Shown here: positions 27,524 to 35,928 of the stretch, piece after piece
Numbering within the stretch: position 1 is the stretch's first letter
How the letters are laid out: the number at the start of each line of letters is the position of its first letter
Program-made: the position numbers and the translations under genes
Origin: Bryobacterales bacterium
Lineage (GTDB): Bacteria; Acidobacteriota; Terriglobia; Bryobacterales; Bryobacteraceae
NCBI GenBank assembly: GCA_038229475.1
Contig: JBBROK010000026.1
Span: forward strand, 1,354 to 65,353
DNA length: 64,000 nt
Reading direction: 5' to 3'
The notes under the pieces: generated by a model
Databases searched by the model: none
What the model was told of the DNA's origin: nothing
What the model saw: the letters and a program-made list of their open reading frames with translations, nothing else

Positions 27524-28163
27524 GTGGCAGCCCCTTCGCTCTCAGAACTTTACGGAGATTGTGTCCGGTCCGCCGGCCATCATCCCTCGTGCGATGAATT
27601 TTTCCGAATTTTCCGTCCCGCTCTGACCCGGGTTGCCCGGCGCGTAGCTTACCAGTACAATTCCCCTCACCAGGCCGAAGACGCGGAGCAGGAAGTCAAT
27701 CTGAAGTTGCTGGCTTCCGGCGAGACCATCCTCAAACGGTTGCCGGCGGAACCGGTGGACGCCCTGGCCTACTTCTCTGTGGTGGCTGCCAATGCAGCGA
27801 GGGACTTCTTCCGCGCACTGGGAGCGGCAAAGAAAGGGAGCGCTGTGACGGTCTCAATTGATACCCAGCTTTCGGCACTGAGCGCCAGCCTGGGCGTTTC
27901 GCCGGACGTGGACAAGAGCCTCATCATAGACCGAATCAATGAGCTTTTGCCAGCGGATCGACGGGAGCAAATTGCATTCCGGTTCTACTACTATCAGGGG
28001 TACACAGCGAAGGAAATCGCGGCGATACCGGACTTTGGCCTTTCGGTAAAAAGGGGTGGAAAGTATGATCTTCCGGATTACCAGGGGAGTCCGGGAGCGT
28101 TTTCACAGTAGAAGGAATCCGGTGGTGAAAAAAGGGATACCTGAGCCGGAGGCGTTCCTATGA
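27524..28163 (+). pseudogene. ECF-type sigma factor with the reading frame interrupted by one extra base in an A5G4 run (28048-28056)
   Basis: The zero frame ends ...GLSVKRGGKYDLPDYQGSPGAFSQ* at 28111. The +1 frame from 28056 reads VESMIFRITRGVRERFHS...* and stops at 28161-28163. Removing one base gives GLSVKGVESMIFRITRGVRERF, a normal region-4.2 recognition helix. Confidence 0.6.
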
Positions 28164-28170
28164 GTGAGGA

Positions 28171-29046
28171 TTGGTGAGCACAACGATAAGTTCCGGGCCC
28201 CCCTGCCCCGCTGAGAGCGTTTGGGACGCAGTTGCCGCTGGCCTGCTCAAAGGCGACGAAGCCGTCACGGCGATGGAACATGCGTCCAATTGCGCGGTAT
28301 GTGCGCAGACCTTGCGGGAAGCGATTGAGATTTTCGCTGTAGAAGAGCCAGTTACTACGAATGTCGTCTCCATTGGCGTAAGGCCCCGGTTGGCACCGGC
28401 GGTGCGGTGGCTGGGAATTGCAGCGGCGCTGCTGGTGGCGGTTGGCGTGGGGTACCTGGCCACCACGCAATTCCGCTCGCCGGAGCCGCTGACTCTGCTG
28501 TCCAGCGCCTACACAGAGCACAGGACGCTTGACTTGCGGCTTCCCGGGGCCTCTTACGGCGTTATGCAACTGGAACGAGGGGGAGAGGCACGGAAGCCTA
28601 CACACGCAGTGGAAGCGGAACTCGCGTTTCGGAGCACGCTGGAACGGATGCCGAATGACCCCGGTGCGCTGCATGCGAAAGGCAGATGGGCAATTCTTTA
28701 CGGGACGCCAGACGACGCCATTGTGGCCCTGACGGCGTCGCGGGACGCCACGACGGGGAAGCCCGACGCGGGCCTGCTGACCGAACTGGCCATTGCCTGG
28801 CGGGAAAAGGGTCGGCGAAGCGGTCAGGCGGCTGACAGCCTCCATGCCATCGAGTTCCTTGGACAAGCACTCCAGCTGGATCCGACAAACGCTGCGGCTC
28901 TGTTCAATCGCGCTGTCGTTGAGGATGAATTAAATCTGTGGAGTCCGGCGATTTTAGATCTGGAAAAACTGCTGACGGTGGAGCCTTCCGGTGCGTGGAG
29001 CGAGGAAACCCGCAAGCGGCTGGTGGAAATTCGCCGGAAGGTCTGA
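28171..29046 (+). CDS. Anti-sigma factor (zf-HC2) with TM helix and extracytoplasmic TPR-like domain
   Basis: HASNCAVC (H-x3-C-x2-C), TM helix WLGIAAALLVAVGVGYLA and a helical-repeat C-terminus. The start is TTG 28171 or GTG 28174, after GAGGA. Confidence 0.65.
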   Translation: MVSTTISSGPPCPAESVWDAVAAGLLKGDEAVTAMEHASNCAVCAQTLREAIEIFAVEEPVTTNVVSIGVRPRLAPAVRWLGIAAALLVAVGVGYLATTQFRSPEPLTLLSSAYTEHRTLDLRLPGASYGVMQLERGGEARKPTHAVEAELAFRSTLERMPNDPGALHAKGRWAILYGTPDDAIVALTASRDATTGKPDAGLLTELAIAWREKGRRSGQAADSLHAIEFLGQALQLDPTNAAALFNRAVVEDELNLWSPAILDLEKLLTVEPSGAWSEETRKRLVEIRRKV

Positions 29047-29048
29047 GA

Positions 29049-29798
29049 TCAGGGCCGGTTCGGCGTGGGTACGCTCATATCCACAACATTCTGTACCGGC
29101 ACGTAGTAGAGAATCCGGTTGCAGCTTTCACAGGTGATGATGCGTTCGGCGGTTTTCAGTTCCTGGAACAACTGCAGCCGCATCATGATCTGGCACTTCG
29201 TGCAGCGGCCTCCCACAGCTTCTGAAACCGCCACGCCGACGCGGGATTTGCGGATGCGCTCGTAGTTGGTCAGAACGGCCGGGGTCATATCCACGGTCAC
29301 TTTGGCCCGGTCGGCCTGCAGTGCTGCGATTTCGTTGCGGTCAACAGTGGTGCGCTCGCGGGCATCCGACTTTTCCTGCTCCACCTGCCTGCGTTCCTGG
29401 GTGAGAGCGATCTCGGCGGCCTTCACTCCCTTATCCAGCGTCTCTGATTCGCCCATGAAGTCGAGAATCCGGTCTTCAATCCGCTTCACTTCTTCCTGAC
29501 AAAATGTGATCTCGTGCTGGAAGGCGTGGTACTGCGGGTTGGTCTTGGCACCCATCATCTGATCGCGCAGTTTGGAGGCCTTCTGGTCCTGTACCTGGAT
29601 CTCGCCTTCCAGCTTTTTGCGTTCTTTCTGATTGCCGGTGAGGGCGGCCTTGTTGTGATCGAGGCGGCGCTGGTGGGCATCGAGTTTCTTCTCGATTTCG
29701 GCGATGTGTTTGGGCAGCGCCGAAATTTCCTGGGTCAGTTCGGCAATGCGATCATCCAGCATCTGCAGACGTATCGCCTTCTGAATATCGGGAAGCAT
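29049..29798 (-). CDS. Coiled-coil + C4 zinc-ribbon protein (COG1579/DUF164-like)
   Basis: ATG 29798 (MLPDIQKAIRLQ...). It has a long heptad-rich region and a C-terminal CTKC...CESC zinc ribbon. Confidence 0.7.
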   Translation of the reverse strand: MLPDIQKAIRLQMLDDRIAELTQEISALPKHIAEIEKKLDAHQRRLDHNKAALTGNQKERKKLEGEIQVQDQKASKLRDQMMGAKTNPQYHAFQHEITFCQEEVKRIEDRILDFMGESETLDKGVKAAEIALTQERRQVEQEKSDARERTTVDRNEIAALQADRAKVTVDMTPAVLTNYERIRKSRVGVAVSEAVGGRCTKCQIMMRLQLFQELKTAERIITCESCNRILYYVPVQNVVDMSVPTPNRP

Positions 29799-29900
29799 TG
29801 GTACCGGAAGTTTAACAAACGTGTTCGCGGGCGGTGTGGAATGACGTTGATACAAGGTATCAATGATGCAAATCACGGTGAAAAAATGAGGAAACCGCGG

Positions 29901-31967
29901 CTATTTCAATATACTGAACATGTTGGAGAAGTCGTCCGTCCACATGCGGAAACCGGCGTGGGCCGGCAGCACGCGACCGGTCTTCAGCAGCTCTGGCAGG
30001 GGCCGCGCAGGGTCGATCAGGATGACCCAGGAGGAAGAGTTGCAGAGCATGTCGTCGGCTTCGGGATCGAGTGAAAACTGCAGTGCCCGGCGACCGAACG
30101 CGGTGGCGGCGCGCTCCATCACCGGTTCCAGATCCAGATAGCGGTTGGAGATATTCACGGCCAGCAGGCCACCGGGCTTCAGGTGACGGAAGTACATGGC
30201 GAAGGCCTCCTTCGTGATGAGGTGTACGGGGACGGAATCGCCGGAGAAGGCGTCCATGACGAGGATGTCGAATTGCTGCGAGGGTTCGCGTTCGAGCGAG
30301 AGGCGCCCATCGCCGAGCGAGACTTCGACTTTGGCGGGGGTGTCGGCCAGGTAGGTGAATTGGGAGCGGGCGAGATCGAGCACCAGGGGATTGATTTCGT
30401 AGAGGCGGATGGTGTCACCTGCCTGTCCATAGGCCGCGAGCGCGCCGGCACCGAGGCCGAGGATACCCATTTTCCAGTGCTCGCCTGGTAGGCGGGAACG
30501 CATGGCATGGCCGATGCCGCTATCGGGGCAGAAGTAAGCCACGGGAGAGCGGCGGTACTTCGGATTCAGCATCTGGATGCCGTGGTTGATGCGGCCGTGG
30601 AGAAGCTTACGATCCGCGTCTTCGTCAGTCGGCTTGCCTTCGTCGATGACCCGGAGCTGGCCGTAAAAATTGCGGACCACGGCGCGGTAGCCGGTGAGGC
30701 CTTCCTTCACCACCATGCCCAGCTTGCCGATGTAGATACCCGCGGCCAGCGTGAAGGCGACGGCCAGCACCTTTGACGGCATGCCCGGCCAGCGGCGCAG
30801 CGACTGCGCGACGGCCCAGGCCAGCAACAGGGCGCAAAGGGCGAGGCCGATGTCGAATTCGTAATAGGCGTTGAAGAGGTTGGGAGCGATGAGTCCGACG
30901 AAAATGCCGCCCAGCGCGCCGCCCAGCGAAACGAAAATATAGAAACCGGTAAGGTGGCGCGGATCGGGCTTGAGACGCACCAGTTCCCCGTGGCAGAACA
31001 TGCAACAGCCAAAGAGCGCCAGGGTGGAGAAGGCGATGGCAATCTTCATATCCAGCGCCAGGCCTTTCACGAGGAACCACCCGAAGATGAACAGGCTGGC
31101 GGCGGCGAGAGGCAGGAAAACGGCGCGGTTATACCAGCGGGGCGAATCGAAACAGATGATGAAAGTGAGCAGGTAGGCGCTGAGCGGCAGAACCCAGAGG
31201 AAGGGGATGGCGGCGACGTCCTGCGTGAGGAAGTTGGTAACGGTAAGCAGCAGGGTAGAGGCGCAGGCGGCGAAAGCCAGCCAGAGCAGGCGGGTGTTGA
31301 GCGAGGGCGGCGGCGCGGGCAGGGTTTGATCCGTATGCAGTTGGCTGGGGCGGGCCTGGGATGCGCGCCAGCCTGTTATGGCGCAGAGGATGGCGAAGAG
31401 ACCATAGGCGACTGACCACGAAATGCCCTGCAGGCGTGTGGGGAGCCAGGGTTCGATGAGGACCGGGTAGGTGAGGAGGCCAAGCATGGAGGCCAGATTG
31501 GAGAGCGCGAAGAGCCGCCACGGCACGGTACCGCGTTCGCGGTTGTACCAGGCCTGGAGCAGAGGGCTGGTGGCAGAGAGCAGAAAGTATGGTGCGCCAA
31601 TGGTGGCGGCGAGCAGGAGCAGGATGAGTCCGGTTTCACTGCCCGCGCCGGTAGGCTTCCAGCGCTCGCCTGGGAGGATGGGAAGCAGCGCAAGGCTGGT
31701 GGCGAGGAGCAAGGTGTGGAGGATAACCTGGGTGCGTGCGGCCCGTCCCTGGAGCCAGTGGGCGTAGGCGTAGCCGGCCAGCAGGATGAGCTGGAAGAAG
31801 AGCATGCAGGTGCTCCAGACAGCGGAAGAGCCGCCAAACCACGGCAGGATTACTTTGGCGATGATGGGCTGGACCTGGAAGAGAAGGAAGGCCGAGATGA
31901 AAATCGTGAGGGCGTACAGGGCGGTGCCGGGGCGCGAAGGGGCGGGGACGGTTTGATGCATCTTCAA
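29901..31967 (-). CDS. Fused membrane (MFS-like) / spermidine-synthase-like protein
   Basis: The N-terminal part has about 12 TM segments. The C-terminal part has a SAM-MTase/spermidine-synthase fold (ILGLGAGALA, FDILVMDAFSGDSVPVHL). Confidence 0.75.
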   Translation of the reverse strand: MKMHQTVPAPSRPGTALYALTIFISAFLLFQVQPIIAKVILPWFGGSSAVWSTCMLFFQLILLAGYAYAHWLQGRAARTQVILHTLLLATSLALLPILPGERWKPTGAGSETGLILLLLAATIGAPYFLLSATSPLLQAWYNRERGTVPWRLFALSNLASMLGLLTYPVLIEPWLPTRLQGISWSVAYGLFAILCAITGWRASQARPSQLHTDQTLPAPPPSLNTRLLWLAFAACASTLLLTVTNFLTQDVAAIPFLWVLPLSAYLLTFIICFDSPRWYNRAVFLPLAAASLFIFGWFLVKGLALDMKIAIAFSTLALFGCCMFCHGELVRLKPDPRHLTGFYIFVSLGGALGGIFVGLIAPNLFNAYYEFDIGLALCALLLAWAVAQSLRRWPGMPSKVLAVAFTLAAGIYIGKLGMVVKEGLTGYRAVVRNFYGQLRVIDEGKPTDEDADRKLLHGRINHGIQMLNPKYRRSPVAYFCPDSGIGHAMRSRLPGEHWKMGILGLGAGALAAYGQAGDTIRLYEINPLVLDLARSQFTYLADTPAKVEVSLGDGRLSLEREPSQQFDILVMDAFSGDSVPVHLITKEAFAMYFRHLKPGGLLAVNISNRYLDLEPVMERAATAFGRRALQFSLDPEADDMLCNSSSWVILIDPARPLPELLKTGRVLPAHAGFRMWTDDFSNMFSILK

Positions 31968-32014
31968 CAGACAATCTTACGCGGGTCAGGTGCGTGGGGT
32001 AGACTAAGGAAGTT

Positions 32015-32091
32015 CGGGCCGTGGCGCAGCCTGGTAGCGCGCCTGCTTGGGGTGCAGGAGGTCGTGAGTTCGAATCTCGCCGGCCCGACCA
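32015..32091 (+). tRNA. tRNA-Pro (anticodon GGG)
   Basis: Acceptor CGGGCCG/CGGCCCG, D-arm GCGCAGCCTGGTAGCGC, anticodon arm CCTGC-TTGGGGT-GCAGG, T-arm CGTGAGTTCGAATCTCG, discriminator A and an encoded CCA. Confidence 0.9.
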
Positions 32092-32280
32092 TTTTTAACT
32101 ACTCCAGTACGTTGGGGCAAAGGGGCATGACGAGCGTTCCAGGAAAGGACGCTTGCCATGCAACTCTGGTCTTTCACCGAACGCTTCATCCTCTAACTTG
32201 AAATCCTCAAGAACGTCTCACCGGCCACGATTCAGTGGTCTCAGTACAGTCTCAAGGCTTTTCAGCCGGTTCTTCACTTG

Positions 32281-32308
32281 GAGTTCGAATCCGTCTCCAC
32301 CAGCGCCA
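32281..32308 (+). other. tRNA-like 3' fragment (T-loop consensus ... CCA) without a 5' half
   Basis: The sequence is GAGTTCGAATCCGTCTCCACCAGCGCCA. Its first 11 nt are identical to tRNA-Pro positions 32066-32076. I found no complementary acceptor or T-stem 5' strand upstream. Confidence 0.3.
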
Positions 32309-32539
32309 GCGAACCTTATCCGACTACCCGAATTCATCACAAAGATTTTATATGTGATCGCTAAGAGCGGTGGATCGGCCTTTGCGTTTGAACTATGAAA
32401 ATGAGCTGCGGCAGAGTCACTACCAGCCATCAAACCATGCGGCCCAGACGGATCATAAATGTGGCAACCGGTGTCCTCTCTTGAGGAACAGATCGATCTC
32501 CACCAAGGCAGAGTAGTCGCTGTGGCAAACGAGCTTACG

Positions 32540-33622
32540 CTATCGCCCCCGCACCTTGGATTGAAGCGTTTTGACCCGGCTTTCAATGTTAACCAGAGCA
32601 TCTGGTCGCAAGTTACCTTGATTTTTGTTTTGGTATCTTTTCAAAGTGCTGATGGCAGCTTCGGAGAGGCCCAAGTTTTCTTGCAAGTCAGCAACTAGGA
32701 GATAAAGAAAGTCACTATCGTGTGATGCGTCCTCGGTTAACGCTTTGTCGTAGAAGGGCAATGCCTGAGCAGGACCGTCCAACTCCTGTACGAGCGTTCC
32801 GACCAACGCGAATTCCCGGGGCGTATGAGGCTGAATAATGCCTCCGTCCAAATACCTGGCGAGCAAATATTTATCTACGGGGCCATCAGCGAGCACACGT
32901 TGGCTGCCAACGCGGTAAGCCTGCCATTCGGGGTGGTCCCATCCCTCGCTCAAGATCTGCTGGATCATCAGCACAGAGCCGATCACTTCGGATGATGATC
33001 TTTTGACTTCAGTCATGTTCCAAATCGGCTGAAGAGCGTCATCGGCCCAATTCCACACGACCACCGAAAATGGCGCCGGAGCGCCACCGCTTCTGATCCA
33101 GCGCGTAATTAGCTGGCCGGTGCCGGGCGTTCCAGGAACCGAATTGATCATAAGAAAGCCCATTGAGATCGGGAAGCCAGCCATGTCGGTCTGGCTCATT
33201 ACAGCAAAGTCGTCGGAGTTCGCTGCAAACTTATATTCGCCGTTGCGCATCGCGAATATCTGAAACGCACCCTTAAAATCAGTCTGACTGACCGGACAGG
33301 AAAAACCCGCGATGATAATAGGGCGTTCCCCTACCGTGATCGCGACTACGGCAAATCCGTCCGGCGAACCGTATTCAATTTTCCGGCGTAGATCGTCACG
33401 GATCGAGCCCAAATCGGCGGGCGGTCCAAGCCGCAAGGTCTGAAGCGTGTCATCGAACGTTTTTTGAATCTGCGCATCACAGTTTTCGCGACTGAGTTCA
33501 GTCTCTGGAGAGTTCTGAGCAGATGTCGCGGCCCCCGGCTGTCCAGATTGGCCAAGAGCTGGGAGCACCATCAGAATCAATAGTATGAACGATGTTAAAC
33601 GATCAAAAATTATTGTTTTCAT
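32540..33622 (-). CDS. Secreted hypothetical protein (360 aa) in low-GC island
   Basis: Signal peptide MKTIIFDRLTSFILLILMVLPALG and a helical, TPR-like C-terminal end. I recognised no family. Confidence 0.55.
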   Translation of the reverse strand: MKTIIFDRLTSFILLILMVLPALGQSGQPGAATSAQNSPETELSRENCDAQIQKTFDDTLQTLRLGPPADLGSIRDDLRRKIEYGSPDGFAVVAITVGERPIIIAGFSCPVSQTDFKGAFQIFAMRNGEYKFAANSDDFAVMSQTDMAGFPISMGFLMINSVPGTPGTGQLITRWIRSGGAPAPFSVVVWNWADDALQPIWNMTEVKRSSSEVIGSVLMIQQILSEGWDHPEWQAYRVGSQRVLADGPVDKYLLARYLDGGIIQPHTPREFALVGTLVQELDGPAQALPFYDKALTEDASHDSDFLYLLVADLQENLGLSEAAISTLKRYQNKNQGNLRPDALVNIESRVKTLQSKVRGR

Positions 33623-33635
33623 ATGCCGGTTCCGA

Positions 33636-34880
33636 TTAATTGGAAGTGGTCCAACTCTGGCGAACTATGACGCACCCGTTGACCGGACGAGGGCGGATAA
33701 AGACAAAATCTGACATATCGATTTCATTGAAGACCAGGAGTTGCTGGTCTTTGATCGAAGGAAATTCGATTAAGCCGTGGTACCAGTAGCTGTTTGGGAA
33801 GACTGAGGTCGCGGAAACCCGATGGCACGATTGAAGGTTAAGTTCATTCTGGAGTCTGCTGATCTCCGTTTGCTTCTGAGAGGCATTGTTCGTGGCGCCG
33901 GGCGAGCCATAGCCGATCGCGTTTCCAAAAGAGGCCGAAAGGCGTTTATCGAACACTTTGGCCGCATTTGCGACAGCGCTGTCATACGCGGATTTGCTGT
34001 CGGCTGTAGTTCTGAGCCGCGCGTTTTTGTATCGATCCGTGTCCACCGATGAAAATTGGTTTCGGGCTGCGATTAGGCCGTTGTACGTAGAGTATCCGCC
34101 AAATAACTTTTGGTTAAGGCGATTGCGAATAATGCCCGCGACCGCGGCCTTGCCGTTGCCACTTTGCACTTGAGCTTCGCCTATCAGTACCTGAATCAAC
34201 GGTTGGGGTGGCACTGTGATCTGTGCAGAACGAGCGAAGCCAAAAAGTGATGCTGACAGGCCAAAAACTCCTGACTGCCTGTCCGACGTCGCCGTCACGC
34301 GGCGCTGCTGATCAACGGACAGCGTGGCGTTTGATTCACCGCCTGTATTATCGATTCGGGTCCAGCCGATTGCCGGTGATCCAGACAAATTCGTTTCTAT
34401 TTGCAGCTGGTTGTTGGCGACACCACCGGTGGCGATGTCCAGTTGAGTGGGGCTCAACGTGAAATGCGAAACCTTCACCTGAAAAGTCTGGCTTCCCACA
34501 GTCGGGCCGCCACCCGCCGAAACGGAAAACGTATATGTTCCCTCGGTATTGAACGTGACATTCGCGGTGCCATGAATGTAAGCGCTTCCAAGAAAATTTC
34601 CCGCCGTCTTCTGGCTTCCGTTGACGACGATGCTGCTCGCCCCCGAGGCATACGTCACTTGAATTGTGCTGATTGCGCGCGAAATCGGCCCGTTGTTGTA
34701 CAGGTTGAAAAACTCGATGGAAACGTTCGCAGGCGCTGAATCGCACTGATTCGATATCGGATTAACCGACAGCTTCTTCCCTGTTATGTCCCGGGACGCA
34801 ACTACCACCGAAAAATTGCAGGTCGCCCACGCGGGCGCTGCCATCGTCAAAAACAACGTAGCGGCGAGAGATTTCCTCAT
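33636..34880 (-). CDS. Secreted protein: beta-rich N-terminal domains + SleB/Hydrolase_2-like cell-wall hydrolase domain
   Basis: ATG 34880 gives the signal peptide MRKSLAATLFLTMAAPAWA. LIGEAQVQSGNGKAAVAGIIRNRL...YNGLIAARNQFSSV matches the Hydrolase_2 pattern (..GEA....G..AVA.V..NR......V....QFS). Confidence 0.5.
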   Translation of the reverse strand: MRKSLAATLFLTMAAPAWATCNFSVVVASRDITGKKLSVNPISNQCDSAPANVSIEFFNLYNNGPISRAISTIQVTYASGASSIVVNGSQKTAGNFLGSAYIHGTANVTFNTEGTYTFSVSAGGGPTVGSQTFQVKVSHFTLSPTQLDIATGGVANNQLQIETNLSGSPAIGWTRIDNTGGESNATLSVDQQRRVTATSDRQSGVFGLSASLFGFARSAQITVPPQPLIQVLIGEAQVQSGNGKAAVAGIIRNRLNQKLFGGYSTYNGLIAARNQFSSVDTDRYKNARLRTTADSKSAYDSAVANAAKVFDKRLSASFGNAIGYGSPGATNNASQKQTEISRLQNELNLQSCHRVSATSVFPNSYWYHGLIEFPSIKDQQLLVFNEIDMSDFVFIRPRPVNGCVIVRQSWTTSN

Positions 34881-35008
34881 GATGGTGATTATATGGGAGG
34901 TTTTTCCAAAATGCAACATGTTGACATCATTTTGATGGCGTATGACATGTCAGCTTTAGCCATGAAGAGACTGCTCATCGCTGAGTTCTAAAAGATCAAC
35001 GCGAGGCG

Positions 35009-35506
35009 TCAGTGCCAAAGGTCAGGCACCCGAGGGGGTGGCTCTTGCATCGATCCCAAAGCCCATCTGATGTAAGGACTCCCATCGACCGAGGTGTCGA
35101 CGCCATGATCCTCCATATAGAGGATCATGGCGGCATTGATAATTGACGTCTTGGTATCCTTCTCGTTGGAGCGCCGATTAAGGCAGGCCTCCACATCTTT
35201 CGAAAGGATCAACGTTACGCGCTTCTTTTGAGACGCTGGCAGCACGCGTGCACGGGCAACATCGCAGGGTAGACACTCTGAGAAAAAGCGACCCAATGCT
35301 TCGACGACAACAGCGTTTTTTGCTCTGCCCTCGAGTGCGCAAAACACTTCGAGCTTTAGGTCCAGCGATTTTGCGATCAGCACGGTGACGAGGACACGGT
35401 CCTTTACGGTTGGAAGAGTTCTTTTCCCCTTTCGCGCCTGTTGAGCGAAGGGATTAATGAGCGCTGGACTTGCCGCAGCCATAAAGAAACCAGTATAGCC
35501 GTTCAA
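35009..35506 (-). CDS. Hypothetical protein with two tandem ribbon-helix-helix-like units
   Basis: Unit 1 is DRVLVTVLIAKSLDLKLEVFCALEGRAKNAVVVEALGRFF and unit 2 is KRVTLILSKDVEACLNRRSNEKDTKTSIINAAMILYMEDHG. Each has a strand-helix-helix pattern. The start may be ATG 35482. Confidence 0.45.
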   Translation of the reverse strand: MNGYTGFFMAAASPALINPFAQQARKGKRTLPTVKDRVLVTVLIAKSLDLKLEVFCALEGRAKNAVVVEALGRFFSECLPCDVARARVLPASQKKRVTLILSKDVEACLNRRSNEKDTKTSIINAAMILYMEDHGVDTSVDGSPYIRWALGSMQEPPPRVPDLWH

Positions 35507-35928
35507 AGTCTGGTTTCACTACCAAACGTTGCCCCGGGCCTGAATAATTAAAGATGCGCTGACGACGGTAATCCGAAAAAACGGCTGGCGTTCACTATTT
35601 CAACTCCTGGGATGCCATCTTCATCCAAAACCGCACTGGCACGATTGTGTTCCATCAATAAGACTCTACCGCTACCGGACCGGGCTATCTCAATCTGTTC
35701 GGCCATCAACAGCCGAGGCCGTGCCGGGCGGCGGCTTCTGGCATAACGAAGATCAGATCGCTCTCCCTGATCGGCGCGGGGCTTTCGTCCGGAAGCCGCC
35801 TCAACCGCTGCCGGCGCCCCGGCGAGATTCAGGAAACCCTACAAGACCCATGCCACGTCAGCCGTAATCCGCCTCGACATCCTGTCGACGTTGGCGACCC
35901 CAACACGCCCATGCGATAAACCAGTTAC

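Noticed and set aside
31990-32014. Promoter for tRNA-Pro (TAGACT at 32000-32005)
   Set aside because: The -10-like hexamer is correctly placed, but the best -35 candidate matches only about 3 of 6 positions. This is too weak to annotate.
32004-32201. ORFs overlapping the tRNA-Pro gene (32004-32189 minus strand; the tail of 31716-32201 plus strand)
   Set aside because: They overlap a well-formed tRNA and have no protein-like features.
32092-32540. Integrase or recombinase remnant adjacent to tRNA-Pro
   Set aside because: I translated the frames by eye and found no tyrosine-recombinase hallmarks (R...HxxR...Y). I therefore do not annotate a mobile-element gene, and the island call rests on composition and context only.
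35819-35830. 12-nt match to the tRNA-Pro 3' region as an att site
   Set aside because: The match is in inverted, not direct, orientation and is only 12 nt long in GC-rich sequence. It is mentioned under the island finding but not accepted as an attachment site.
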